From Paraspadella gotoi (lineage: Eukaryota > Animalia > Chaetognatha): DNA of 64,000 nt. A program made the position numbers and the translations under genes. This document shows, piece by piece, positions 61,024 to 64,000 of this stretch (within the stretch, counting starts at the first letter, position 1; every line of letters starts with the position of its first letter). The stretch covers positions 25,156,139 through 25,220,138 of the forward strand of contig CM119265.1 in NCBI GenBank assembly GCA_051294375.1, given 5' to 3'. A model generated the notes under the pieces. The model had not been told where the DNA came from. It was given only the letters and a program-made list of their open reading frames with translations, and ran no database searches.

Positions 61024-63440
61024 TTGAGCAGGGTCGGCCGTGCATTGACAACCTATTTATTTAATTGTAACCCAAGACTTCTTTAATTATTATTAATAAC
61101 TCATGATAGCTGAAAAGGAAAGGTGATGTATAATAAGTATCAATTAATGAATAATAAATGAAAATGTTTTATTTTCCAATGAATAAATATTTAAATATTC
61201 AAAAGTCCGATGATGAATCTTCGGGAAAGTTTCTTCCTGACACCGGCGCTCCCTCAAGACGTCTGGGGAGCCTCCACGCGGCGCCACCGGCGCCTCTTTC
61301 GTCTAAACGGCGCCGAAGAAGAAAGTCGAAGTTACTCGTAAAACTCCGCAATAAAGAAAAACAAAGAAAACATCGACGGAGGAAAAGAAAACAAAAAACA
61401 AAACAGATCTAAAGGACTGAAGGGTTCGTTTGAGCGAGGACGAGGGGGGGAGGAGAGGGGGGCGGGCGAAGGAGGAGGAGAAGGGGAGAGGGGGAGAAAG
61501 AGGGGAAGAGGGAGAAAAAAAAAGTAACTTATGTAAAACTATTTTCGAGGTATTGTACTCTTATAAAATAATAGATATGAAAAAAGTTGACAAAAAATGC
61601 CTAACATTGAAACATCTCGTAGTTATAAATTATATAATCGTTGAATTATTGCATAGTTTTAGATTTAACTAATAACGACGACCGTGATTGTGAAAGATAA
61701 TTCAAACTTTTGTGACGGAGATGTTTTCAAAATCTTTTTGGTTGTACATCGATTTAAAAATCATGTTCCTTTTTAGTTTTTTATATTTTCCTTTAATCGT
61801 CCCTTTTTTTTTGGCGGTGATTTTCTATTTTTTCTCCCTAATTTTCCTTTTTTTTCTGACCTTGATTTCTCTCTTCAACGAATCCTTGTCCCCACTTTTC
61901 CTCCCCTCTTCCTCCCACAATCCCCTTATCCCCCTTGTCTTCTTCCTCTTCCTCTTCCACCCCCTCCTCCCCCCAGGGTGTCCGATGATAAAAAAAAAAA
62001 AAATCCCGCCGACCGATCTTTCGCCATTTCTTAGAAATCGGCCGAGTCTTTGCCAATCCCTAGACCCTAGGAATCTTTGACCTTTTCGTCGTCGCTGACC
62101 TCCGTTTGACCTTTGACCCCCCCTCCGCCTGCCGTCTGAGCCCGACATTTGGCGATGGATTCGACCCAGAAATAAAAATAGATTCGACGGTGAGAAAAGA
62201 TTCGTTTGATCCTTCGTCGTCTGTGCTCGTCTTTATAACGCTTTTCCTTCGTCATCTGTCTCAATGTCCAAACTCCATACCCTTGGGTGAAATATGTAAA
62301 ACTCGGATTAAATATGTAAACGGGTTAAAGTTGAATCCTTTGCGAGGCAAATAAAGAATACAAATTGGCAATTTGAATGACAGAAATATATGCAACACTC
62401 CTACTAGTTTAATCTATTCTATTGTATGAACTGTTATGTTGATTTGATATATTAAATATTTCACTTACTACTGACATTATAATAATGGAACTGAAGTGAA
62501 CGAAAAATCTCGATATCGATTCTCGAGATTTATATTTATATTTCATATATATTGTTTAAGTTGCCTCTGCTTTCAGACTTATTTTACAAATGGCGACGTT
62601 CGAGGTTTCAAAAGTTGTTTATTTATCGAAGTTAAAAACAGACGAGGTTGTAAAAGCATTTCCAAATTGTTTGTAAACAATCCAAATAAACAATAAATTT
62701 TAGGTTAAAAGGTAAATAAACGTCGTAATCTTTGAGGCAACTGAAGAATTTACAAACTTCCAAATCAAACGTTATCTAAAATAACTCAGATTGCCTCAGC
62801 CAACCCTTTTTCCCTCTTTTTCAATTATCCGTCGTCGCGACTCCCGATCGCAAATTAGGGAAACTTGAACAAAGATATTTTCATTCCCAATCGTCGGACG
62901 TTGAGCCGTCTTCCCCTACGGCGACGCTCGCCACCGCCGATACATATATTTAATTATATTTATATAATATTTCTTGTGCTGATTAAGTATAGTTTATACA
63001 ATTTGTCTGAATGGATATTCACTTAGTCAAAACGAGCGCGAATGGAAAAAACCTGGTTCGAATAATAATTTGTCCGCTATAAGATAATAAGAATATTTAC
63101 TTTATCAGTTTAGTTTAATTTTATATGAAAGTGAGATACCAAGACACCTTTAACGTGCATATTTATCAATTATCATACTTGTGAAGTCACCTTTAACGTG
63201 GCTTAAATTTGCTGACTGACTGACTGTTAGCGCTACCTTAAGTTTTTAAAAAAAGCGACGGAATTCCGATTCTGTGAAGGTCACGTGATCACCCGGAAAT
63301 GCACGTGAAAAAAAGTCACTGCGGCTCAAAGCATCGGAGTTACCGTTCTTGTTCATATTGAAATTTATTTATATTTTTATTTTAGAAAAGATACAATATG
63401 ACTAGGTCTTACCATGTCCTGATAGTATCTATCTTCTTAA

Positions 63441-63495
<55 letters not shown>

Positions 63496-63706
63496 ATCCC
63501 TCCTTCAATGAGACGACTTTTCCTCGAAAATCACAAAGGAAGGTCTATTCATATTAATATTCATATTCATATTCAAGAAGGCTTTTCATCTGAATTCACA
63601 GATGATCTCGACTTTTAATTCATCCTCTTCATTTCGATTCCGAGTCACTCCGTCCCCACGGAATTGCAAATTTTGGTTGAGAGGAGGCGAAATTCAGAAA
63701 GAGAGG

Positions 63707-63755
<49 letters not shown>

Positions 63756-64000
63756 GAGTGAAACATTGAACCGAAAAAAAATAATGAAAGAAAGAAAAAC
63801 AGAGAGAAAGAAGGAAAGAGAGAGAAAAAAAAATATATGATTGAAAAAATAGAAAAAAGAAAAAAGGAAAAAGAAAGAACTAATGCGGGCGTCGACGGAG
63901 ACTTAAAAAAAGGGTCATTTTTGATCCCTCGTCATTTTCGTCCTTTTCATCTCTCTTTACTTTAATCTTCTCTTCTGTCTATCTTTCTCACTTCTCTTCG

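Overview
Eukaryotic (metazoan-like) draft-assembly sequence with GT-AG introns, dense (AG)n/(ACG)n/(AAAT)n microsatellites and many N gaps, eight of them exactly 25 N. Most ORF-track entries are low-complexity noise. Large parts are redundant, indel-rich re-readings of the same DNA: a nested ~18-kb palindrome at 1-19.3 kb, direct and inverted copies at 29-41 kb, and another set at 49.7-52.9 kb. These are most likely long-read gap-filling artefacts. After collapsing the copies, the supported content is: (1) a ~17-exon minus-strand gene (ATG ~41111 to at least 24580) encoding two contiguous creatine-kinase-like domains, both missing most catalytic and ATP-binding residues, i.e. a candidate tandem CK pseudoenzyme; (2) a 3'-truncated CsRn1-lineage Ty3/Gypsy element with LTR, PBS, CHCC gag, GGGAAAC slippery site, protease and RT, assembled next to its own empty insertion site; (3) a clean 4-exon, 269-aa acidic two-TM membrane protein gene I do not recognise; (4) small mobile elements: a Penelope-like 195-bp palindromic insertion with a 15-bp TSD and a hammerhead-ribozyme remnant, a hAT-like foldback MITE with an 8-bp TSD, two copies of a TIR element filled with degenerate TTAGGG repeats, and a tRNA-like Pol III element. 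All translations and alignments were done by eye and no database searches were run.
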